Assembly (NCBI GenBank): GCA_951406725.2 | Contig: OX597824.1 | Location: 71,734,001-71,798,000 of the forward strand | Reading direction: 5' to 3' | Origin: Octopus vulgaris | Lineage: Eukaryota | Length of the DNA: 64,000 nt | In this document: positions 38,391-48,665 of the stretch, in pieces | Layout of the letters: each line of letters starts with the position of its first letter | How positions within the stretch are numbered: position 1 is the first letter of the stretch | The notes under the pieces: model-generated | Told to the model about the DNA's origin: nothing | Seen by the model: the letters and a program-made list of their open reading frames with translations, nothing else | The model's database searches: none | Made by a program: the position numbers and the translations under genes

Positions 38391-39560
38391 TGTTATGTCC
38401 CACATTATGACGTGTTTCATCACCTCTGTGGGACTAACCTGCACAGTGTACCTCACTGACTGCTTTCCTTTATTTGACACAAGGAAAGACAGAACACCAC
38501 AGTGGGGACAAAAACATAAAAAGAATGAATGTCTCTCTGGAGACACTTTATTCTAATGTGTCCCTTCTCTCCGCATTGATAGCACTCTCAACCTTATGTC
38601 CTCCGGTAAAATTTCAGCAATTTCATTCAAATCTTTTTGTCCAATCTGAATGACCATTTCTAGTCCGTATCCCCAACAATTTGCCATCTTTGTCCTTGTC
38701 ACCTTTAGAACTTTGGTGTCCTCTTTAGTTTTATGCATTATGGCTGCTACCAGCCACACTTCATTGATTTCTTATTTCTTTACTACCCACAAGGGGCTAA
38801 ACACAGAAGGGACAAACAAGGACAGACAAACGGATTAAGTCGATTACATCGACCCCAGTGCGTAACTGGTACTTATTTAATCGACCATGAAAGGATGAAA
38901 AGCAAAGTTGATCCCAGCAGAATTTGAACTCAGAACGTAACAGCAGACGAAATACCGCTAAGCATTTCGCCCGCTGTGCTAATGTTTCTGCCAGCTCGCC
39001 GCCTTAACTTCATTGATTTCTGGTGGCACCCTGCCTATTCTCATTCTGGCGATCCTTTTGCCGCAGTAGGTAGGCAGGAGTACCCATTTTTCTGTTTTCA
39101 GCATCACAGTGGGGTGATTTATTGCCTCCTTTTCATTGGCAAATCTCACCTCCATATTTTCTGCCTCTTGTACAAAATGTTGTCAGGTGCTTAATTTCCT
39201 TCAGACATTCTTCAATTGCTTCTTTCATAGCTATCTCTATTATTTTTGTGGTTGTCGATAGAGTTCTGTAAACCACTGTTCTTTTCTTTGTACTGGTTGT
39301 CACTTCTTCTGGAGGGGTCAGCCTTAAACTGGATCCCTCCTTCTGAATTACCCTGTAGTGTTCCTTTAGCTTCCTTTGTTCAATTTTAATTTCTTGCACT
39401 TCTAGCGAATCTGCACCTTTCCCAGCTGCTGAAGCATAACTCTCAGCATGTGCTGGAACTGGTTCACACTCCATTTATTCCTTTTTTCAGTTACTTTGCC
39501 CCAAAATGGGGAAGAAGACAAACACAAAATTTAACAGGCCTGCAGGCAAAACAGCAACAG
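38391..39560 (-). mobile_element. ORF1-like retroelement copy A (decayed, SINE-interrupted)
   Basis: MECEP..SYASAAG..RTVVYRTL..LLPTYCGKR..PPEINE/VWLVAAIM..NCWGYGLEM..LPEDIRLRV. Paralogous to copy B and shares its 3' end. Confidence 0.65.
38773..39006 (-). mobile_element. tRNA-derived SINE with 15-bp TSD
   Basis: GGCGGCGAGCTGGCAGAAAC head and GAGTTCAAATTC B-box. TSD ACTTCATTGATTTCT at 38758-38772 and 39007-39021. Confidence 0.85.
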
Positions 39561-39679
39561 TATTTAACAAATTCAACAAAACATGGTTCACCCATGTGGG
39601 GGAGAACCTTTAACAAAGATACAACAAAGTATAACACGACTTACGTCAACCAGAATCAAAAGTAATTTAACACTAATAA

Positions 39680-41120
39680 AAGTACCTCGCTGACTGCTTT
39701 TCTTTATTTGGCACCCGGGCCTTTAACATAGAGGGGACAAAACAAGGACAGACAGAACACCACAGTGGAGACAAAAACATAAAATGAATGTAAAGTGGAA
39801 AAATGTACGATGAAATCGATGGTGATGAAATGGCTGCATGTACCCCACTCACATGCAGTACCATTTGAACATTCTTACTTCTTTTTCTCTTTTCCCTGTT
39901 TTTTTCACTATTAGCATCATTTTGTTTACTCTTAATTTTCTTTTAAAAAAAAAAAACAATTTTACTCTCTTTTTTTAATATCTCATGTATGGTTCTAGTT
40001 CACTTAATTCTAATGTTGGCAGCAGTTCATCGAACTCCACCACAAATCCCGGCTGCTCAATTTGACACTTTTCCTTCAACTTGTTATATTTTTCTCTATA
40101 GATTAAAATAGCTTTTACATTTTCACCGTACATCTCCTTGGGCAACTTAACCCTTATAATGGATTTAAGCTTGGTTATCATTTTTTCTGTATTTATGCTT
40201 TTAGCATATGTCACTAAATTCCAGCTACGTTTTCTCGGCCTTCTTGCTTGTTTGCCATGTTCCACTCTTGGCATCACTGCTTCCATCCTGGTTAGTATTG
40301 CTGTTTCTTCTCATTGCTCTCCTAAAAAATTCTCTAGTGTGCTTGCTTCTATCTCCTCCTCCTCCATAACCTCCTTTTCTACCTCTTACTTGACCTCCTT
40401 TTCAACCTCCTTTACGACTTCCTTCTCCACCTCTTTGTCTGCTTCTTTTTTCTTTTTCTATTACTCTGGTGAAGAGCCCACTCTTTCTTTCCTCTTTCAT
40501 TTTTTAACCACTTTAAATTCTTCCTCTATTTCTATTGTCTCCTTTTCATCTTCCTGCACCACATCATTCACTCTCTCCTGCTCCTCAGACTGTTCCTTCT
40601 CTTCTCTCTAGGAACATCTCGCCTTCATGTGGCCTTTCTCGACACACAGATAGCATATGGGAGGCCTACCCTCTACTACCTTTCTCAATCTCATATCTTC
40701 AGGTAGAATAATTTCTTCCAGAATTTTATACATATCACTTACACTTGCTTGTACTGCCATCTCAATTCCGTATCCCCAACAGTTCACTCTTTTTATTCTT
40801 GTTCCTCTCATGATTTTTGCATCCTCCTCCATATTTTACATGACTGCAGCAACCAACCATGTTTCATTCAACTCCAGTGGCACTTTTCTTACCCTCACTC
40901 CGACGACTCGCTTGCCATAGTATGTTGGTAGGAGCACCCACTCTTTTGACCTCTTTTAAACACTTCTCAATATTTTCTATCAGCTATTTCGATTTTCCTT
41001 GTCGATACCTTCAGCGTTTTGTATATCACTGTCCTTTCTTAACTCCATTTGTTAGATCAACTGAGGGCATCACTTTAAATGTATCGTTAATTCTTTTTAA
41101 TTTTTTTTTTTCCTTCTAAC
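39680..41120 (-). mobile_element. ORF1-like retroelement copy B with CCHC zinc knuckle (decayed)
   Basis: LLPTYYGKRVV..WLVAAVM..NCWGYGIEM..VEGRPPICYLCVEKGHMKARC (CX2CX4HX4C), then an E/K-rich tract, a C-terminal ORF (39975..40286) and a 3' UTR. No EN/RT seen. Confidence 0.7.
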
Positions 41121-41169
41121 CAGAATTGTTTTTTGTTCCACACAGAATTATTAAATCCTTTGAATGGAC

Positions 41170-41567
41170 TTAAATTGTAGCTGTGATACCAGTGCCGGTG
41201 GCACATAAGAGAATCATCCGAACGTGGCCATTGCCAGCGGTGCCCCAACTGACTACCGTGCTGGTGGCACGTAAAAAGCACCATCCAATTGTGGCTGTTG
41301 TCAGCCTCGCCTGGCCTCCGTGCCGGTGGCACGTAAAAGGCACCATCCGATCGTGGCCGTTTGCCAGCCTCGTCTGGCACGTAAAAAGCACCCACTACAC
41401 TCATGGAGTGGTTGGCGTTAGGAAGGGCATCCAGCCGTAGAAACATTGCCAGATCAGACTGGGCCTGATGCAGCCTTCTGGCTTCCCAGACCCCAGTTGT
41501 ACCGTCCAACTCATGCCAGCATGGAAAGCGGATGCTAAACAATGATGATGATGATGATGATGATGAT
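41170..41567 (+). mobile_element. (GAT)n-tailed retroposon (RTE-type 3' end or SINE)
   Basis: GGAAGGGCATCCAGCCGTAGAAAC...GCATGGAAAGCGGATGCTAAAC(GAT)n. Copies at about 7316-7630, 13718-14070, 16914-17190, 27648-27990 and 59775-59909. Confidence 0.75.
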
Positions 41568-41574
41568 GTTCCAC

Positions 41575-41870
41575 ACACAACCATTTTTTTTCCAAAATGC
41601 CGCAGGTAGTACCAAGTCTACATTAATACTGGTAGTGCTACGACATATAGTGACCTGACTTATAAATCCTTCAAACACACTTGTAATTATTATTTTTATT
41701 TTCTGTTCCACACAGAACTATAGTTTATTTTCTTTTTTCAAAATGCCACAGGTAGTCTACATAGTACCAAATCTACATTATTACTGGTAGCGCTACTACA
41801 TATAGTAATCTGACTTAAAATCCTTTGAACAGACTTATTATTATTATCATTTCTTCTACACAGAATTATT
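41575..41870. repeat. About 145-bp tandem duplication upstream of ORF1 copy B
   Basis: CAAAATGCC(G/A)CAGGTAGT..TCTACATTA..ACTGGTAG..CTAC..CATATAGT..CTGACTTA..AATCCTT occurs twice. Confidence 0.7.
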
Positions 41871-43438
41871 TTTCACCGTGTGTAATTCAGATCTGTGTAG
41901 AGTTCCAGTTTTATCAGACATTTTTTTTCTTCAGGATCTTTTTTTATATATATATTTTCCACTGTGTGTATATTACTTTTCACCGTGTGTAGTTCAATTT
42001 TGTGTTAGCGTTTTTTTTACCTCAGAATCTTTTTATATATATTTTTCAGAGTGTGTATATTACTTTCCACTCTGTTAAGTTCAGTTGTGTGCTAGAGTTT
42101 GAATCCTTCAAACTTTCTTTCATTGTTCTTGAATGTAGGTCTTGCATTTCAACACTCTTACGAGTGTTCATAACCTCATTACCACTATTATAAAGGTCAC
42201 CGTTATAAAGTGGGAGCTACGAATCCTCATTGCCCCTGTTATGTCCTGCTACTACATACCAGTGGCTGTATGAGCTACGAATCCTCATTGCCACTGTTAT
42301 GTCCCGCATTATGATGACGCATTTCGTTGTCTCTGTGGGACTGGCCTGAACAGCATACCTGACTGACCTTATTGACTGAGTCAGTCCACTATTTATTAGT
42401 AGTGGACCAGCCCACTTCTCACCTGGGGTCGTCTGCCACATCAGTTTGTCAACTTCTTCATTTTATATATATTTTTATTTTGTAGTTAAAATAGCTTTTG
42501 ATGATAGCCATTATACATAGTGAAGTTAATTTTCTACATGTCAAATTAAATTTCCCTTGCTTCAACATGGAAATGAGAAGGAATTTTCACATTACAGGGT
42601 ATAAAGAACATTAGAAATTCTGCCATCACCAATAAGCAACAACCTTTCAGTATGATATACAAGTCAAGCTTGAGGCAGAATATTATTAATAAAGGGCAGG
42701 TGTGTCTGTGTGGCTAAGAAGTTCGCTTCCCAACCATATGGTTTTGGGTTCAGTCCCACTATATGGCATCTTGGTGTCTTTTATTGTAGCCCTAGACTGA
42801 CCAAAGCCTTGTGAGTGAATTTGGTAGACAGAAACTGAAAGAAAGTAATCATATGTGTGTATGTGTATTGAAATCATGTGATAATTGTAAATGAGCATCA
42901 TCATCATACAAGTGGTGTTGTACATTTCCAGTCTTCTAAGAAAAACATGTCTGGCCATAGAAAATCTACTTCAATGACATCTTTCTCACCCATTCAAGTA
43001 TGGAAATGTGGATGTTAAAATGATGATGATGATGATGATGACGATTATGATGGAGATAATACAAAACTTGCATTTTAGTATATTTATCTTTTATTTTTTA
43101 CTTGTGGCCATGCTGGGGCACCACCTTGAAGAATTTTAGTCAACGAATTCACCCCAATACTTATTTTTATTTTAAGCCTGTTATCTATTCAATTGGTTCT
43201 CCTTTGCCGAACTGCTAAGTTGATGAGGGACAAATACAGACACAGAGACACACACAGATATATATATCTTTTATTTCTACTTGTTTTAGTCATTTGACTG
43301 TGGCCATGCTGGAGCACTGCCTTTAGTTGAACAAATCGACCCCAGGGCTTATTCTTTGTAAGCCTAGTACTTCTTCTATCAGTCTCTTTTGCCAAACCAC
43401 TAAGATGCTAAGTGATGGTGGGGGGACAAACACAAATG

Positions 43439-43474
<36 letters not shown>

Positions 43475-43859
43475 ATGGGCTTCTTTCAGTTTCCATCCAC
43501 CAAATCCACTCACAAGGCTTTGGTCAGCCCAAGGCTATAGTAGAAGACACTTGTCCAAGGTGTCATGTAGTGGGACTGAACCCATTACTATGTTTGGAAA
43601 GCAAGCTTCTTACCACACAGCCACTCCTGTGCCTATATATATATATATATGATGACCTTCTTTCAGTTTCCATCAACCAAATCCACTCACAAGGCTTTGG
43701 TTGGCCTGAATTTACAGTAGAAGACACCTGCCCAACGTGCCATGCAGTGGGACTGAACCAAGACAGAGGCAAACTGCTTACCACAAAGCTTCAAAAGAGT
43801 TTCAAATGCAAGAATTTCTTTTCAAGCATGTGCAAATAAAGGAAGACTGCTGTGCGTTG

Positions 43860-44150
43860 CATATTACTGATAAACTTCTCCGTGAATAAGCAATTTGCCA
43901 TCAAATAATCTATTGTTATCCAGCAGGTCCTTCACCATTCAGTCGAGTGCTTTAAAGAGATGTTGTTGATACATAAGTGACTCATCGCAAATAAGCAAGC
44001 ATCACGAAGTAAATGCCAAGCAACATCAAGTGGAGATACTTTGCATCTTGAGTTTGAATTTGAAAATACTGGGATCTCCAATCATGCGTGTGCATGGCTA
44101 TCTTGCTTCAATAATGTCATGGTAATACCAGATGATACTGCAGCAAAAGC
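43860..44150 (-). mobile_element. Helitron PIF1-type helicase fragment (decayed)
   Basis: AAVSSGITMTLL..HA*LEIP..SRCKV..LLRDACL, then a frameshift to CDESLM..FKALD*MVKDLLDNNRLFDGKLLIHG. This matches PIF1 motifs AVASSGIAATLL, WDEAPM, EALDRTLRD and PFGGK. Confidence 0.7.
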
Positions 44151-44379
44151 TCTCTTTACTCTTTTACTTGTTTCAGTCATGTGACTGTGGCCATGCTGGA
44201 GCACCGCCTTTAGTTGAGAAAATCGACCCCAGGACTTATTCTTTGTAAGCCTAGTACTTATTCTATCAGTCTCTTTTTTGCCGAACCGCTAAGTTACGGG
44301 GACGTAAACACACCAGCATTGGTTGTCAAGCGATGCTGGGGGGACAAACACAAACACATACATACATACGTATATATAT

Positions 44380-45288
44380 ATTGATAACAATGATAACATT
44401 AATTGTATTGACAACGATAATGATACTAACTTTAATGACACTTTGGAAACTATTATGAAGTAATATAATGTACTATTGACTATGTATATTTACATCTAGA
44501 TATTAATTTGTGTATGTTTATTATCACAATATTAAGTCGAAAAACTGAGACATTTGGTGTGGAACACATATATATGTTTACTAATTTATATTATTTATTT
44601 ATATCAATATGTAAATGTATATTTTTTTACATGTATAGGAGTGTGAGTATATACACTCATATGTATATATATATATATGTTGTTTTGTGGGTACGCACCC
44701 ACACCCATGTGGGTATATGTGTAGACTGTGTTATATTACATAATCTCCGAAGAGGCCTTGTGATATTTTTGTTAATGTCTCATTTATATCTATATATTGA
44801 CCAACCATAAAGGGCTAATATTGGTAAAATGAGACATAATTATCGACATGGCCGAAACAGCTGTAAGATCTAATGTATGCTTATATTTATATTTACTTGT
44901 ATTTATATTCTTTTTTATATATATTCTAATTATTATACAACATTACTCTTTTATGTACACTTTTTTATGTACATTCCTTTATGTACACTGATTTGTTCTG
45001 CTTTTTATATTTAACCCTACAGTCTCTTATGTGGTGGTTTAATAAAGTATGTGATTGAGTATTATCTGGTAATTGATATTTGATTTAGATGTGTTTCTCC
45101 ATTTTCTTATCTTGTATTAGTAATTTGTGGTAAATCATTTTACCTTTGCCCATATAATACAGTAAATGAATTGATTGCATTGCAATCATTAACATTTATG
45201 TATTAACTTTGTTGGGTACTTCACTAGCAGTATATTGGATATACGTTATCCCATAGAGGGTTGCATTTACAACCCCTATCTCAATTTG

Positions 45289-45290
<2 letters not shown>
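44380..45290 (+). mobile_element. Penelope-like terminal-repeat remnant
   Basis: Carries the hammerhead. Its 3' part (45090-45290) resembles 15945-16145. Boundaries approximate. Confidence 0.4.
44743..44869 (+). ncRNA. Type-I hammerhead ribozyme motif with extended stem II
   Basis: ATCT-CCGAAGA-GGCC...GGCC-GAAA-CAGCTG-TA^-AGAT. Stem III is palindromic, and stem II is a long hairpin that includes ATGTCTCATTT/AAATGAGACAT. Confidence 0.65.
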
Positions 45291-45320
<30 letters not shown>

Positions 45321-45919
45321 ACATATATACGACGAGCTTGTTTCAGTTTTCGTCTACCAAAGTACAGAGCATAATATGAAATTGAATAAATTTTAAGAGA
45401 GCAGGAAATTATGCAATGAACTCCATTAGCTTACAGCTGTTTCAGTTATAAGAGCAATGCACTCATAGCCGCATACGTTATATCTAATAGCAAAAACAGC
45501 AATAAGCTAGTAAATAATTTTCTGTTCCCTTGTCATTTATTTAACTTCATATAGCTCAATTAGCTCAATTAGCCTAATTTCCATGCAACTGAAATTAAAA
45601 TCTATATTTACCACAAATATATTGTGACTGTGTGCCAATGTGAAAAAAATATTGATGACAATGACAGCAATAGACTTTTTCTTTTCTTTTTACTTGTTTC
45701 AGTCATTAGACTGTGGCCATGCTGGGACACCACCTTAAATTTTCAGTCAAATGAATCAACCCCAGTATTTATTTATTTTAAAAGCCTGGTACTTATTCTA
45801 CTGGTCTCTTTTACTGGACCTCTAAGTTACAAGGATGTAGACACACCAACACTGGTTGTCAAATGGTGGGGGGGACAAACACAGACACAAAGACACACAC
45901 ACATAGATGTATATACACA

Positions 45920-45958
<39 letters not shown>

Positions 45959-46704
45959 CACGACAGGCTTCTTTCAGTTTCTGTCTACCAAATCCACTCA
46001 CAAGGCTTTGGTCGGCCTGAAGCTTTAGTAGAAGACACTTGCCCAAGGTGCCATGCAGTAAGACTGAACCCAGAACCATGTGGTTAAGAAACAAGGCTCT
46101 TACCACACAGTCACAGGTGCAATGACAATGATGATGACGACGACGATGCTGAGGATGATAGTGATAGTAATGACATTTGATCATTCAGTGATAATTCTTT
46201 AAATACACTTTCTAAATTACTGAATTCCTGTTAGGTTAACACCATAACCATGGTGTTATATTATATTAAAGACTCTGTACTATTTATTTACTGGGCTTTC
46301 TTTACTTAATCTTGTTTTTTAGCAGTCGTGGTTGTGTGGTTAAGAAGATCGCGTTGCAGCCATGTCATTTCAGATTCAGTCTCACTGTATGGTACCTTGC
46401 CCAGGTGTCTTTGATTAGAGCCCAAAGCTGACCAATGCCTTGTAAGAGAATTTGGTAGATGGAAATTGTGTGGATGCCCACTGCATGGATGTGTGAGTGT
46501 ATATGTAGGTATGTGTGTGAGTGAGTGTTTATATGCATGTGTGTTTGTGTTTGTTTACATCCCTGTAACTTAGCAGTTCAACAAAAGCGAATAAAATAGA
46601 ATAAGTACTAAACTTAAAAGAAAGTGTAAGTACTTAGTCATTTAAATCCCTTTCAAGGCAGTGCCTCAACATGGCTGCAGTCCAATGACTGAAACAAGTA
46701 ACAT

Positions 46705-46837
46705 TATATACATACATACATTCATTCATACATACATACATACACACACATACATATATATACACACAAACACACACATATATATACATATACACACACA
46801 CACAGACAGGCAGGCAGGCAGACAGACAGACAGACAG

Positions 46838-46868
<31 letters not shown>

Positions 46869-46888
46869 CATACATACATACATATCTC

Positions 46889-46933
<45 letters not shown>
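46705..46933. repeat. Compound microsatellite (TACA/CA/CAGA/TA)
   Basis: Read directly; it explains several spurious ORFs. Confidence 0.9.
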
Positions 46934-46937
<4 letters not shown>

Positions 46938-48090
46938 TATATCAAATGGCCAACCTGCAAAATGTCTCCAAAACATGTTTTTATATAGCATTATCTGGAG
47001 TAAAGACCCCTTTTGGTCACAAATGATCATGGGATTGCACCTAGAAGATTATCCTCCAAGGCACAAGTCTAGGCAAAGTTGTTTATGAAAGACCAGCAGT
47101 TGCCATGCATACCACCTCCCCTCTCTATGCTACCAGTGTTATCCAAGAGAAAGGCAAAGGCCAATAAAGCTTGGCACCAGTGATCTCACAACTCATTTCT
47201 ACAGCTGAGTGAACTGGAGCAACATGAAATAAAGTGTCTTGCTCAAGAACACAACACACAGCCAGGTACAGGAATCAAACTCGCTACCTCATGATTGTGA
47301 GCCCAACACTCTAACTGCTGAGCCAGTGCACCTTCAAACAGCATTATCTGGTCATCTGATATACATAGTTATAATCATTATCACCATTTAATGCTTATAT
47401 TCCAAATTGGAATCGGTTGGACAGTTTGACAAAATCCAATGAACCTGAGGACTACATTGAACTCAAATGTGTGCTTTGGAAAGGTTTTTATGACTGAATG
47501 CCCTTCCTAACACCAACCAGTTTACGGAGTGTACTGGGTACTTTTCTTCACAGCACCAGCAGCAGTGAGGTTACTAAGTAATTGGCAAGACCAGACCCTT
47601 GACAGAGTCAGGATGCATTACTGAGAGAGGTAGCGTTGAGCTAGGCACTGACAGACTAAAGCATGATAGAGAGGCAGGAACAGGTGTCTTGCTGTAGAGG
47701 AGATACATCCTTTCCACCATCCTTTCTTTCTGACCAGAAAAGGAAAAAGGGTGGTAGAGATGAGGTATCAGGGCATAGCTTCAATGTATAAGAAGAGGAA
47801 TAAAGGAAGAACAGGGACAAAGAATCAAGTATAGCTAGGTGGGTCAGTTTTCAGGAGTGTGAAAGGAAGGTGACAGAAGATGGAGATGATGACAGAAGTG
47901 AATGTTGTGAACGGTGAACATGGTTGGTAGTGGTAGTGGTTGGCGGGGGGGGGGGGGGTTAGCTAATCTCAGTTTGTGGGGAAGATAAAAAAAAAATAGG
48001 TGTGGATCAAGAAGGAGACGATTCATAGTAATACCTAGAAATTGGTTGAGGTGGTAGTATAATTGTAAGGAGAGAATTCATGAAAAATAC

Positions 48091-48178
48091 CTTCAGTTCA
48101 TAAGGTTCAAGTTTCAGGTACTCCAGCAGACATATCCAGGAGAGATGGTGCGGTGATTTTAGTTGAGTGGAACCAACA
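48091..48178 (-). CDS. ZFYVE26: ZFYVE26 exon 2
   Basis: TACAG|T..AAG|GTATTT, 88 nt, phase 2 to 0. (S)VGSTQLKSPHHLSWICLLEYLKLEPYELK resembles PQRVAWVWLLVLEKW. Confidence 0.88.
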
Positions 48179-48584
48179 CTGTATAGAAAATACAAACAAA
48201 ATATACATTGATTAAGAAAGACAAATAGATATGAACAAATCTATCTCACACTCTCTGTCAATACTCTAATGATTCTGCCAGCTCATCACCACCACCATAA
48301 TAATAATTAAAAAAATAGAGGTTAGCTGAATGTGGAACCTAAAAACAGAAAAAAATCCCTATAATAATAATAGGTGTATTAGGTATGATTAAAAAACATT
48401 CATACAAATACATAACCAAAACACCAGGACTTACAAATAGCAGTACTAGGCACCGGGCACATCCTACATAAAGCACTTTCAAAACAGTGAAAATAAGAGC
48501 ACCACAACAAATCACAGCACATACCCAAGGCCCACAGAGCTACGCTCAGTGGTGCAATGAAAGCACATGATAATAATAAGACTA

Positions 48585-48589
<5 letters not shown>

Positions 48590-48665
<76 letters not shown>
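48590..48665. repeat. (AAT)n microsatellite
   Basis: Read directly from the sequence. Confidence 0.95.

Noticed and set aside
40138-40611. 157-aa hydrophobic, Ser-rich plus-strand ORF
   Set aside because: Antisense of the E/K-rich tract of ORF1 copy B.
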